Assembly: GCF_006345805.1 (NCBI RefSeq)
Contig: NW_021832871.1
Location: 1 to 30,125 of the forward strand
Length of the DNA: 30,125 nucleotides
DNA from: Octopus sinensis
Taxonomy: Eukaryota
Direction of reading: 5' to 3'
The position numbers and the translations under genes were made by a program. Position 1 is the first letter of the stretch. Every line of letters begins with the position of its first letter. Positions 10,371-21,439 of this stretch are shown in pieces. The notes below the pieces were generated by a model. It made no database searches. It was not told where the DNA came from and was given only the letters and a program-made list of their open reading frames with translations.

Positions 10371-10562
10371 TATATAAATTAGAAAAAAAAACAACTTTTA
10401 TCAATTCAAAAATAAAAAATTAAATTATACCATTAAAAAAAATTACATATCATAGAAAGATTAAATATAAGAATCTTTCTATAATATGTTATTTTTCTAA
10501 ATGGTATAATTTAATTTATCATTTTTGAATTGATAATAGGTAGTTTTTTTCTAACTTATATA
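10371..10562. repeat. Imperfect AT-rich inverted repeat, arms of about 91 bp with a 9-nt spacer
   Basis: 10371-10462 and 10472-10562 are reverse complements at roughly 85% by eye (e.g. aaattaaattataccatt / aatggtataatttaattt; tagaaagatt / aatctttcta). Confidence 0.8.
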
Positions 10563-10647
10563 TATATATATATATTATATTTTGTGAAATTTAATTTAGT
10601 ATTTCTAAATTGAATTTTTCCCTGTAAGTTTGGAATAATATTCCCTC

Positions 10648-10709
<62 letters not shown>

Positions 10710-10970
10710 TCATTGTGTGTGGGAGTGTGTACGCACAATTAGTCGCTGGTTGAATAAGCTTTTAGGAGAAAATATTTTAATGCTTGTCTTAGTATTGCGT
10801 CACCTCTAGAAGTAAATGTGGTGTTGTTATTGAGTCGCATATTATTTAATAGCAGTGTGACTTTGCTCTATGCAACTTAAAATTACGTAGGTTCGTAAAA
10901 CTAAACTACCTTTTAATACACACACGCACACATATGTACACACATACATACACACACACGTATATATGTG

Positions 10971-11006
<36 letters not shown>

Positions 11007-11062
11007 CAAAATAAGCAACAAGGATATCCAGAGGTAATGCAGTACGATCGTTTCACCACACA

Positions 11063-11145
<83 letters not shown>

Positions 11146-11394
11146 CTTAGGATTACGGCCGTTTCGCAGCCTTCATCATGTAATAATAATTTCAGTGTAT
11201 TATAAATCATTTTACATGTCTGCCCCAATATGCATGCTACGTATTGTGCAATTACAAGTGTTTTTTTACTACAGCCTTGTGCCAACCAAAGCCTTTTGGG
11301 ATCTGATACATGAAAACTGAAAGAAGCCCGTCACATATGTATGTGTGTACGCGCGCGCGTATCTGTGCTAGTCCTTTCCCACACACATAACGCT

Positions 11395-11560
11395 TGACTA
11401 CCGATGTTGGTGTATTTATGTCCCTGAAACCGATAGAATAAATACCAGTCTTTAAAAAAAATATGCGCTGCGTTCGATTCATTCGACTAAAAAGTCCTTC
11501 AAGGCGCTGCCCCAGCATGGCCATAGCCTAATGACTAAAATAAGTAAAAGATAAAAGGTA
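11395..11560 (+). mobile_element. Degenerate SINE fragment (family of 23722-24163)
   Basis: tgactaccgatgttggtgtatttatgtccc..accgatagaataa...gctgccccagcatggcc..taatgactaaaataagtaaaag. Confidence 0.5.
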
Positions 11561-12853
11561 TGATAACTATTTATATTCAAGGTACTATCATCAATGCAAA
11601 ATAAATATTCTTGCAGATAGCAAAATGTTCGAATATGGTTTAATACTCTACCACGAAGCTGAAAATAAGAAACGGCCGTAATTTTAAGGATGTCAAAGGG
11701 TTAAATAAATATATTCCCCTTCTCGTACCTCCTGCCTTTTTATGGTATATACATACATACATACATACATACATACAAACATACCTGTATACATACATAC
11801 ATACATACATACATACATACATACATACATACATACATACCTGTATACATACATACATATATATATATTTTTACACACACACACACACAATTTGATGGTG
11901 TGCCAAATTACTTCGCAGCAACAGATCACCAGAAATGAAGATCTATTGACGTTGGAACTGAGCAAATCCTTTTCTACAAAAGAAACGTATGACAAGATGT
12001 ATATAAAGCAGCATAATCGTAATAATACAGTCCCTGAATTAGCAAACTGAGGTATGAAATGTTTCAACTTTTAACGACTCATTTAACCATATAAAATCTT
12101 CCACTTGCAGAATACTTGCAGTTAAGCTGAGAATAGAATTGAGCTTCTCTGCAAGAAGGATAAAGCAAAAGATAGAAGGGAGGCACAGAGATGCCCGAAA
12201 ATTTATTATTTTTACATCTATTGTTGTTTATTGTAACTGAAAATAATCAGATCTACTCATGTTAATCCTTGGAATGAATAAACGTAAACAACTAGTAGAT
12301 ATATTTTGAAATATCTTCAAAGGTTTGTGTGAATTACGTTAATGATTCATATATAGTGAGTAGATTTTTGCCTACTGCTGATATATTTCTGTGCTTTTTA
12401 ACACTATACGTCTATAAAAAGTATTTTTTGACACAAATATTGCAATTTAGAAGGCTTTTAACTATGTGTATACTTTAAGTATGAAATACACATAGTTAAA
12501 CAATGAATACTGAAGCCAAAAAAATGGAGGAAAATCATACCCAGAATTTCATCAGGCACTCATCCATATTTACGGTCGTACGCATATAATCTCCACCCCA
12601 CCCCACCCCATGTACCCACGCGCGCGCGCACAGACTCACGGATGGACGGATATGCATGCACACACACAGAGGCACACACACACACACAACTATCACCATC
12701 ACCCTCCCTACACACATGTTCGCGCGCGCACTGAATCACCTGGGCGTGCGAACATGTGTGAGCATGTACGAGTACTCGTTGATATCGATGTGAATGTTGA
12801 CATTCAAGGTGTATGTGTGCGTGTGTGTTTGTATACATACATATGTTTGTACA

Positions 12854-12888
<35 letters not shown>

Positions 12889-12918
12889 TTTGTGCATAGA
12901 CATGTATTCTTTATAGAA

Positions 12919-14304
12919 TACTAGCTGAATTACCCGGTAATACCCGGAAAAGTCGAGGGTATTTCCAGCTCCCGTTCCCATTACAATGTTGCATATCCTA
13001 TCCCGTTCCCTGTTCAGTTTCCGTTTAAATTACAAATAAATTTACAAATACACGTGACGTGGGATATATTTACAAATACTGCAAGTAAAATATTTAAATC
13101 ATAAAATTGATTGATTTGTAATGGTAAGGTAATATCAAAGTTGAATTGGTGGATGGTTAGAATGTTGAGGGGATTGACGATGTGCGACTATGAAACAATT
13201 GAAGGTTGAATATTATCAATTTTGGGGGTTTTCCCTATTACTGTCACATTGTGAAATTTTAAAATTAGCTCAAAATGTTCAAATTTGGTATATTGAAATA
13301 ATTTTCCACGTTAAATCCGAATTTTTTATTTATTTGGTCTAGAAATAGTGCAGTAAAATGTTACTGGGGTTTAAAATTTAATCACTTTTACCTAATCAGA
13401 AAACACGATTTGGAAGTTAGCATTTTCTGCATGATAAGTGTTTATCACAAATGAAAGCAAAATCATTACGTGAGGGAATTTTTATTAAACAAACGAAAGC
13501 TAGGCATTACAACGACCAAAGTTGTTAGAACTTCTGATATTTTAATAAGTTTTAATGAATAAAGTCATGTGAAACGGTCGAACAAACATGCAGGTAATTT
13601 TAAAAGGAAAAAGATCGCGAACGAACTTTTTTTCCGAAAAATTGCACAAATCTGTCCTGATCAAGAGGCCTATCTGTTGGGGAAAGCATGGTCTGACATG
13701 GGATAAACAAAAATTTGTATAAGACATACTATTGTAAAAATTGCCTCACAACGACGGGCTATTATTCATCAATGGAAGAAAATAAAAGACATTATCTATA
13801 GTTTTATTGTTTCAGTACGTTGGTAAAGTTTTAATAAATCTTAATACAGTGGTTTGAAAACAAATATAAAAACACTTTACTTTTCACTAAAAAAAATTTT
13901 TGACTGAGCATGCGATAAGTAAAATGACAGGTAAAAATTAAAGAACAAAGTATTAAAATTCGTTGTTCCCTTCGGTAAACACATTCTCTCCTGCTCTATC
14001 CCTATCGCTTGTTCTCTCTCTCTATCTCTCATATTCCCTGTCTCACTGTTTCTTCCTGTCTCCTTCTCTTCCCTGATATCAGCCACCCTCATTATGCCAC
14101 CACATTTTTCTTCTCATTTTATCATATAATAACCCAACGCCCGTAGGGGGCCCATTATAATTTTTAATTGCAATCCAATTAGTTTATAATTGAACTGGAT
14201 GTTAGTTTAACATGTATGCAAAGTTTCGTAAAAATTGGCTCGCTGATATAGGCAGCAAGATGGTAACAAACAGACGGACAGAAATTGTCATTTTTATATA
14301 AGAT
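12919..14304 (+). mobile_element. Putative non-autonomous Helitron-like (rolling-circle) element
   Basis: 5' end TACTAGCTGAATTACCCGGTAATACCCGG resembles the 5' end of 24634-25020. The 3' end ...atgcaaagtttcgtaaaaattgg...aacagacggacagaaattgtcatttttatataagat has the layout typical of Lep1/HINE-type elements. Family assignment is from memory. Confidence 0.5.
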
Positions 14305-14553
14305 GGCTGTGTGCTTAGATTGCTTATGCGCATATGTGTATGTGTGAGTGTGTATGTCAAAACTTCGCTATTATTTTCTGTTCATCTCTTCTTCTGTCCA
14401 CCTCCCAACACTCAAACACACACACGCACACACATATATATACATACATATATATATCCACGCATACACATATATATTCATATACACATACATATCTATA
14501 TTTCTCTCTATATATACTTATATACACATTGTGTGTGTGTAAGTAAATAAATA

Positions 14554-14590
<37 letters not shown>

Positions 14591-14819
14591 GCATAGTCTA
14601 ATATAGATATGTATGTGCATATGAATATATATGTATGTGTGTGTATATATACATATATATGTATGTATATATGTATGGGTGTATGTGTGTGAGTGTATGT
14701 GGGTGTGCCGTGAGTGAGGTGACAGGGGAAGCGATAAACAGAAAATAATAGCGAAGTTGTAAGATGATTGATAGAAAGAGAGATGAAGAGAGAGGGAAAG
14801 AAAGAGAGAGTGTGTGTGT

Positions 14820-14895
14820 GTGAGAGAGACAGACAAACAGGCAGACAGATACACAGACACACAGACAGACAGACAGACAGACACAGACAGATAGG

Positions 14896-14983
<88 letters not shown>

Positions 14984-15143
14984 CAGACAGATAGACAGAT
15001 AGATTGGATAGATTGGATAGATAGGCCCACAGATAGTAGGGGATATTTTGCTTGTTTTTCAGTGTTGAAAGCTTGATCTCATTTAGAGTTGATGATTGAA
15101 GCTGTCTGCTGTTAAATAAACAAGGAGACAGACAATAATATAG

Positions 15144-15174
<31 letters not shown>

Positions 15175-15182
15175 GATAGATA
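14820..15182 (-). repeat. (GACA)n/(GATA)n compound array, read as (TATC)n on the LINE sense strand; 3' flank of LINE copy 2
   Basis: Direct reading; GATA units 15141-15182 abut the LINE tail. Confidence 0.95.
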
Positions 15183-15270
15183 TGTTTCTTTATTAGCCAC
15201 ACAGGGCTGCACACAGATAGAACAAATTACAAGGTAGAGCTTTTCTTTTGAAGGTTTAAAAAAAAAAAAA

Positions 15271-15306
<36 letters not shown>

Positions 15307-15592
15307 TAAAATAAAAAGGGGGGTCGATCAAAAGGGATCGTAAAAGGAGAGAAGGAGGACAAAAAAAGGGGGGGGGGTAAAAAAAGGGGGAGAGGAAAAA
15401 AATTGATCAATAGGGATCGTTATCACAGAAATGTCAATATGAAGTGTAAAGGGGAGGACAGGTGAGGTTTACCCGTGGAAAGAAAAGCCTACGGAAAAGA
15501 CCACGGTAACCTCGGTCAATGAAGTCACATGTTATATTTCTTTTTTTTTTTTTTTTTGCAAATAAGCAACTCTCTGTATTAATTTTTACGGT

Positions 15593-18500
15593 TCATAGAA
15601 TCATAGTGAAGGTGGCTTCGTCATTCATACGTGCCATCCTTGCTACATTCACCCATCTTTTTTTAAAACATTCACTAGACAAAACTTGCCTCTCTACTCT
15701 CACTTTTTTCTTCAAGTGATACTTGAAGAAGTTGATGAGAGATTGACCAGAGAGGAAAGTGTTTGTCTCTAATCCTTTCAGACGCGTCCACCAGATACAT
15801 TCTTTCGCCATAGCCACAAGTATGATAAAAATAGCTCTTCCTTCCCGTTTGAAGGAAGGAGGCGTGACGATATTAACGATAGACTCGGCGGATAAACCGA
15901 CACGTCCCACACGTGACAGCAGTCGTTCGACATAAGCCCACAGGTCGGAAATTGCTGGACACTGCACGATTGCGTGCAGAGCGGTTTCGTCGCTCTGCCC
16001 GCATCTCGGGCAGGTCGGCCCCGTGTTTCTCGAGCCATGCCTATAGAGCTTATCCCCAACGGGTAGCGCTTCTCGGTAGCACCGCCAGGCCAGGGATCTC
16101 TGGAAGTTGTCCATTGGTCCCGGGTCGAAAGTCGTTTGAAACAGGCGGGTCAGGTATTCCTCGTCGACGCTCAGGTTTGCCCCGAGCTCGTCGTCGTACC
16201 TCCCCTCCACTAATCCCCTATAGAATGCTTTGGTTGTGTTGAAGTCACTCAAGGTCGACCCGGGACGGCAGAGTTGCTTGAGAGCAACGCGACACTCGCG
16301 GTGCCATTCGCCCTTCCTCGGCCTCTTTTTGATCCACGACTGTAGTTCGGTCATGGAGACGAGTTGCGGGAATGCGTGCCTCACAAACGGCGACCACACC
16401 TGTTCACCGTCGTCTACATAGAGCCGGAGATGTCGCAGTCTCAGCGCGTGTCTGCGCATCATCAACCACGGCATGCCCAGCCCTCCTTCTAACGGGTGTT
16501 GACAGCAAATGGATCGCCTGACCATCGGGACGCATCCTTTCCACAAGAAGCGGAAGAGGATGCGTTCTAGTTTGGTGATGGTAGGGTCGGGACAAGGTAC
16601 GACGGTCAGGCGGTAGTAGATGATGGACGCGATGTACGCGTTCACCACCTCCGCCCGACCTTTTAGGGACAGTTTCCTCTCGTTATCTCGTTCCAGTTCT
16701 TCTCCATTTGGAGGTCCGGACCGAACCAGAACCCGAGCAACTCAACCGGGCCGTTTGTCCAGCGTCCCACGACGGAGGTACTGGTGGACGGCATGGGTTT
16801 GCTTCTCCAGGTGCCGAGCCGCAAGCCCACTGACTTTTCCCGGTTGATTTTTGCTCCTGTCACCGCTTCGTAGTCTTTCAGTGTCTCGCCGACCCGCTCG
16901 ATGTGTTCGTGGCTTGACACTATGACGGTGACGTCGTCCGCGTATGCAGACACGCTCGTCCCGCATCCCAATTCTCGCGGGATGCCCCTTAGAGTCGCCA
17001 GCTTCCGCAGTAGTGGCTCAAGAGTCAAACGTATAGAAGCGCCGAGAGGGGGCATCCCTGACGGACCGAACGTGCAATGTCGAAGGGTCTCGATAGATGT
17101 CCATTTACGCGAATTACCGAACGGATGCCTCTGTACAGGCAGCTATCCAGCCGCGGAAGACGGGACCGAAACCAGCCGCTCTCAGGACTGCCTCCAAGTA
17201 TCGATGGTCTACCCTATCAAAGGCTTTCGATTGATCCAAGTTGATCAGGGCCCCACCCATGCCAGGTTCGTTAACTACCCTGTCTATGATGTAGCGCATC
17301 AGATGGAGGTTGTCATGGATGCTCCGGCCCGGCACGGCGCACGTTTGTGCGTTGTCGACCAGTTTCTCCATGACAAGCGACAACCTCTTGGCTAACACCT
17401 TTGTCAAAATTTTCAGGTCTGCATTGAGCAGAGTGATTGGCCTAAAGTTATCTATAATGTTTCCCTTGTTTGGATCTTTCTTCAGCAGAGTTACAGCTCC
17501 TCGACTCACAAAACCGGGTATGCTCCCGTTTTGCTGCCAGTTGCAGTATACCGCTGCCAAGACGTCTCCAAACAAGTCTGGCATACAATAGTAAAATTCG
17601 TAGGGTAGACTATCCAAACCCGGTGATTTGTCCCTCGAACATTCTGCCATCGCTTCCCGCACTTCCGCCGCCGTGATGGCACCTTCGCAGCACCCTGCCT
17701 TTCTTGTCGAGAGTCGTGGCAGGCTATGTAGGTAGGCACTGAAGTCTACCCTACGTTCTTGCCCTCCACTCGTCCCGAACAGTCGGGCAAAATGCTGCTG
17801 AAAGGCCTCACACATTTTACTTGGCTCGAGCAATTCGCGCCCCTGTTTATCTACCAGTGACCGAATGGTGGCTTTGTTGCCCTGCGCGCCTCTGCCACCC
17901 GGGCCTCTCTCGCGGCTCCAACACCTTCGTTCCTTAGAGCACGCATCCTAGCTCTGACAGCACATCCTTCGTGTTTGGCGTTGAAGTGTTGGTCGAGGGC
18001 CAACCTCGCCGCCAAAACGTCGGATGCGATGCCGCTTCTAATTGCCTCTTCTAGCTTCTTAACTAGCTCACCCTCTACTCTATTTCTATCTATGGCTAGT
18101 GCTTTGCTGTACCTAATCGCTTCTGCTTTTACTGCTCTCTTGAGGGCAAACCACCATTTGTTGTTGATGATGGCTCCCGTCAAAGCCCTCTTTACTAGTG
18201 TGCTAATCCGGTCTCTGAAAACTTGTCTGGACGGGAATGATGCGTTCAGTTTCCAGTACCCAGGACCCTGTCTATGTGCCTTATCTAAGTCTAGCGTACA
18301 CGTCACCAATTTGTGATCCGTGTAGCTGACTGTGTGGAATTGTGGACATCCTAAGTTATCCTTGTCTACTGTCCTACACAGTATCCTATCTAGATACGAT
18401 CTCGACGACCCACTGCGGTTGCTCCATGTCCACGTTGGTGCATTTGGGTGGTCGAGTCGGTACCTGTCAGACAGTTGGAATCGTCTGAGCAGGTCTCTGA

Positions 18501-18993
18501 GGCATTTGCATCCCCTTCTGTTTCTGTCTCTACCCACGTAGTCTACATGCGTGTCCAAGGTAGTATTCCAATCCCCCACTAAGAGTAAAGGACGAGACGT
18601 TCCCAAGAATACTTCTAGACGTCGAAAGAAATCCGCCCGACCTGTTAAGGGCGGTGCGTAGACTGATACGAGTCGAAAAGCGCACCCATTGCTGCCGTCA
18701 ACATCCAGAACGATCAGTCTACCCTCTGGGTCTACGAATATCGTCTTGACTTCGAGATCCAGGCTCTTGTGAAAAAGTACCGCGGTTCCACTACCGCCCA
18801 TCCTCGGCAGACAGGGAGCGAAATAAATGTTAAACTGTCCGCCAAACATGGACATTAGGGCCCGTGGCTCGTGGAGTCTGGTCTCACTTATGGCTATGAT
18901 TCCCAAATCATGTGACTTGATGTCATTTAGGAGGTATCCTTGTTTCCAAGGAGACCCCAAGCCACGCGCATTCACACAACCAATCTTGACCAT
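15593..18993 (-). pseudogene. ORF2 (APE-RT-CCHC) of LINE copy 2, frameshifted
   Basis: ORF pieces 17851-18993, 17114-17833, 16663-17055 and 15593-16648 tile the copy-1 ORF2. Lesions are 1-bp losses near 17885, 17137 and 17029 and a 34-bp deletion at 16678/9. Confidence 0.95.
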
Positions 18994-19043
18994 GATTCTA
19001 TTGGGGTGTGTGCTTTAAAACACACAAATGAAAGTACAGAGAG

Positions 19044-21143
19044 TTACTTACTTGTGTCGAAAGTTTTGGCTTCCTCGTTCTTTGATGTGTCTTCGAGGAG
19101 GTTTCTATATAGTTTTTGGGACAGACATTTCTGGAAACCCCCTACAGCATTTGGGAAGAGGGCTTTGAGTTTGTGGTGTTGTGTTTGTGTGATGTGTAGT
19201 ATTTTGATGTGTTTGGGTGGTGTAGTGCGTGGATGATTGCTATTTTTAAAGTCATCTTCACAAATGTTTGTGTATCCTGTGATGTACTCCATTAGTTTGG
19301 AGTCTTTTGTGTCTATCGCTGATAGCATTGTTTTTGTGGTGTTGGTGCTTGTTTTGTTGTGTATGGAGTTTTCAGGGTTCAGGTATCTCCCTGCTTTGGT
19401 TGCGATTTCTTGTTTGGTTTTTCTTGATCTTTTTCTTTTACCCCCTGTGGCTATTTGCCATTCTGTCGAACTTTCATCGTTAGATGAAAAGTCTGACGAA
19501 TCAGCAGGGAGCAAGGGTAAAGCGTCTGGGTGTGTTTGTTCGGTTGTAGATATTGTTGTGGTGCGCGGGGAGGGTGTTGCTGGGGGGTTTGTTGTGGTTA
19601 TTGTCTCTCCTACATCCTTGGTGCTTGTCTTCTTCGTTGTTATTCTTGGTGTTGGAATTGGTTTATTTGTTGTTGGTGGTGATGATTCTGTTCTTGGCGC
19701 TGGTGTTGGTGTTGTTTGGTTGGGTTGGCTTGTTCTTTGTTGTTTTTCCTGCATTTCCGCATACAGCTTCTTGACTAGCTGTCCATATTGTGGTGTGGGC
19801 AATAATCCTGGCTTTTGTGATTTTTCCTGTGGCTGTTGTTGTTGTTGTAATTTTGCGGCAGATTTGCACTCCTTTTTGAGGTGTGCCTCACTGCCACATG
19901 TATAGCATCGTGGCCTTCTGCCCTCGACTACTACGTATAACTTGCGGCCATCCTCAAGATGTACGTGGGTGGGGATTTTATTTATGTCCTCTTGACTTAT
20001 GTGGAAGAGGAACTCTATTCTCTTTCCCAGCCAGTCCTTGTTTTCCGAAACACCGATATCTAGGATGTTTAAGTCCTCCATTTCGGATGTTAAGGCGGAT
20101 GTAATCCACAGTGTTGTAGTCACTTGGGGGACACCACTGATAATGACTTTCGTCACCTTCTGGCCGAGGTAACTCGGTGTCAACGTTAGTTCATCAGAAT
20201 GAAGGGAGAATTTCTTCGCCAACTCTTCATTCTGAAAAACCACCTGTACGTGTGCGAACTTGTTCGCCCAAGTCACACAATCCTTGTATCCCCAGATGGG
20301 GCGTAAGCACTTTTCGACTTTGTCTGTGCTTGCCTTTTCTGGACTTTTTGTTTTTTTATTTGTGATTTTATATACAATTGTCTTTTTTTTCTCCTCATTC
20401 AGTATGTGCTGAGGTATGTGTAAGAGTATTTTTCCGTTTTGATTTGTAATAAGGTTTCTGCAATCTTTAATCTGTTGTGTAGTAAACGAAACTTTTGTTA
20501 CCTTTTCTTTTATCGCCTCGGCGAAGTTTGTTGTTGTTTTGTTATTGTTGTTACTGCCGGTGGTGTTGGTGTTGATGGCAGGGGTGTGGGTTGTAGGTTT
20601 GTGGTTGCTGATTATGCAACTAGCAAGGGGTGGAAAATTGCCTGCGTAATTTAGTCCTGCATTAGCGCAAATTTCGGCATTTCGTTTGCTTGTCGTCGTT
20701 ATTTTTCCACTTGTTGGTGATGGAGTGAGCAGTGGTTGAAGGGAATTGTTGTTGTCGTCGTCGTTGTTGTTGTTGTTGTTGTTGTTGTTGTTATTGTCGT
20801 TCTTGGTGACGGCGGTGGTGTTAGTAGTATTAGTAGCATTGACGGCACGGTCTTTGGTGGCGGTGATGTTGGTATTGTTATTGGTGGCGACGTCTTTAGT
20901 AGGGATAGCAGTTTTAGTAGCAGATTCTGCCATGGTGTTGTTGTCGGTGTTGGTGGTGGTGGTGGACTCACTGATGGTGTTGACGGTGCTTGGCCTTGCG
21001 ACCTTTGTTTTGTATTTGTTGCTGTTGTCGATGTTGATGGTGGCGGAGTTGTCAGGTTCAGCGTAAGGTAACAGAGCATCCTGTTTTTCTGCCTCTGCGT
21101 CACGCTTGACTTGCACCTCAGCCTCGTGGTGACCAGTGGCCAT
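19044..21143 (-). CDS. ORF1 nucleic-acid-binding protein of LINE copy 2 (about 699 aa from the ATG at 21143)
   Basis: Open frame directly upstream of ORF2 with a perfect CCHC knuckle, CYTCGSEAHLKKEC. A preceding globular region of about 150 aa may be RRM-like (inferred). The flanks are Thr/Asn/Pro/Gln-rich low complexity with in-frame (AAC)n. The track start at 21173 is a GTG; the first ATG has an aaaATGg context. Confidence 0.88.
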   Translation of the reverse strand: MATGHHEAEVQVKRDAEAEKQDALLPYAEPDNSATINIDNSNKYKTKVARPSTVNTISESTTTTNTDNNTMAESATKTAIPTKDVATNNNTNITATKDRAVNATNTTNTTAVTKNDNNNNNNNNNNNDDDNNNSLQPLLTPSPTSGKITTTSKRNAEICANAGLNYAGNFPPLASCIISNHKPTTHTPAINTNTTGSNNNNKTTTNFAEAIKEKVTKVSFTTQQIKDCRNLITNQNGKILLHIPQHILNEEKKKTIVYKITNKKTKSPEKASTDKVEKCLRPIWGYKDCVTWANKFAHVQVVFQNEELAKKFSLHSDELTLTPSYLGQKVTKVIISGVPQVTTTLWITSALTSEMEDLNILDIGVSENKDWLGKRIEFLFHISQEDINKIPTHVHLEDGRKLYVVVEGRRPRCYTCGSEAHLKKECKSAAKLQQQQQPQEKSQKPGLLPTPQYGQLVKKLYAEMQEKQQRTSQPNQTTPTPAPRTESSPPTTNKPIPTPRITTKKTSTKDVGETITTTNPPATPSPRTTTISTTEQTHPDALPLLPADSSDFSSNDESSTEWQIATGGKRKRSRKTKQEIATKAGRYLNPENSIHNKTSTNTTKTMLSAIDTKDSKLMEYITGYTNICEDDFKNSNHPRTTPPKHIKILHITQTQHHKLKALFPNAVGGFQKCLSQKLYRNLLEDTSKNEEAKTFDTSK

Positions 21144-21363
21144 TTTGGAAATAAAATGGCTAAATGAAACCACGAAGGCTATGAGAATTTTTTCTTTTAA
21201 ATTTTGCCCACAAGGGGCAAAATTTTGTGTAGATATTAATCAAGGTTTGCAGTGGATGTTGTTGCACAACTTTTAAACACAAAATATTTCACAATAAACA
21301 ATTTTCAACGTACAAAATGACCAACTTACGTGGAGCCCATTTGACTAGCGTCCGTCCATGTCG

Positions 21364-21364
<1 letters not shown>

Positions 21365-21416
<52 letters not shown>

Positions 21417-21439
21417 TATAGATAGATAGATAGATAGAT
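21365..21439 (-). repeat. (GATA)n array, read as (TATC)n on the LINE sense strand; 5' flank of LINE copy 2
   Basis: Direct reading. Confidence 0.95.

Larger units (their letters stand above)
15183..21364 (-). mobile_element. L1/Tx1-type non-LTR retrotransposon, copy 2 (apparently full length, about 6.2 kb)
   Basis: About 220-bp 5' UTR, ORF1, 50-bp spacer, ORF2 remnant, and the same 3' UTR and tail as copy 1. (GATA)n lies on both sides. Confidence 0.95.

Noticed and set aside
13542-13727. ORF ending LFPFKITCMFVRPFHMT, faintly like the Helitron/PIF1 helicase motif LPF..RRQFPVR.AFAMT
   Set aside because: The similarity is too weak by eye and the ORF is antisense to the presumed element orientation. 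It would need a tblastn/HMM hit.
6071-19905. Antisense and off-frame ORFs within the LINEs (e.g. 6071-6523, 17975-18316, 19237-19905, 20736-21071)
   Set aside because: Shadows of GC-rich ORF2 or A/C-skewed ORF1. Their recurrence in both copies only reflects the repeat.
5178-21364. Composite transposon or LTR element bounded by long inverted repeats
   Set aside because: The inverted copies are two separate APE-RT LINE insertions with different 5' ends and ORF1 variants. No transposase, integrase or shared TSD was found.
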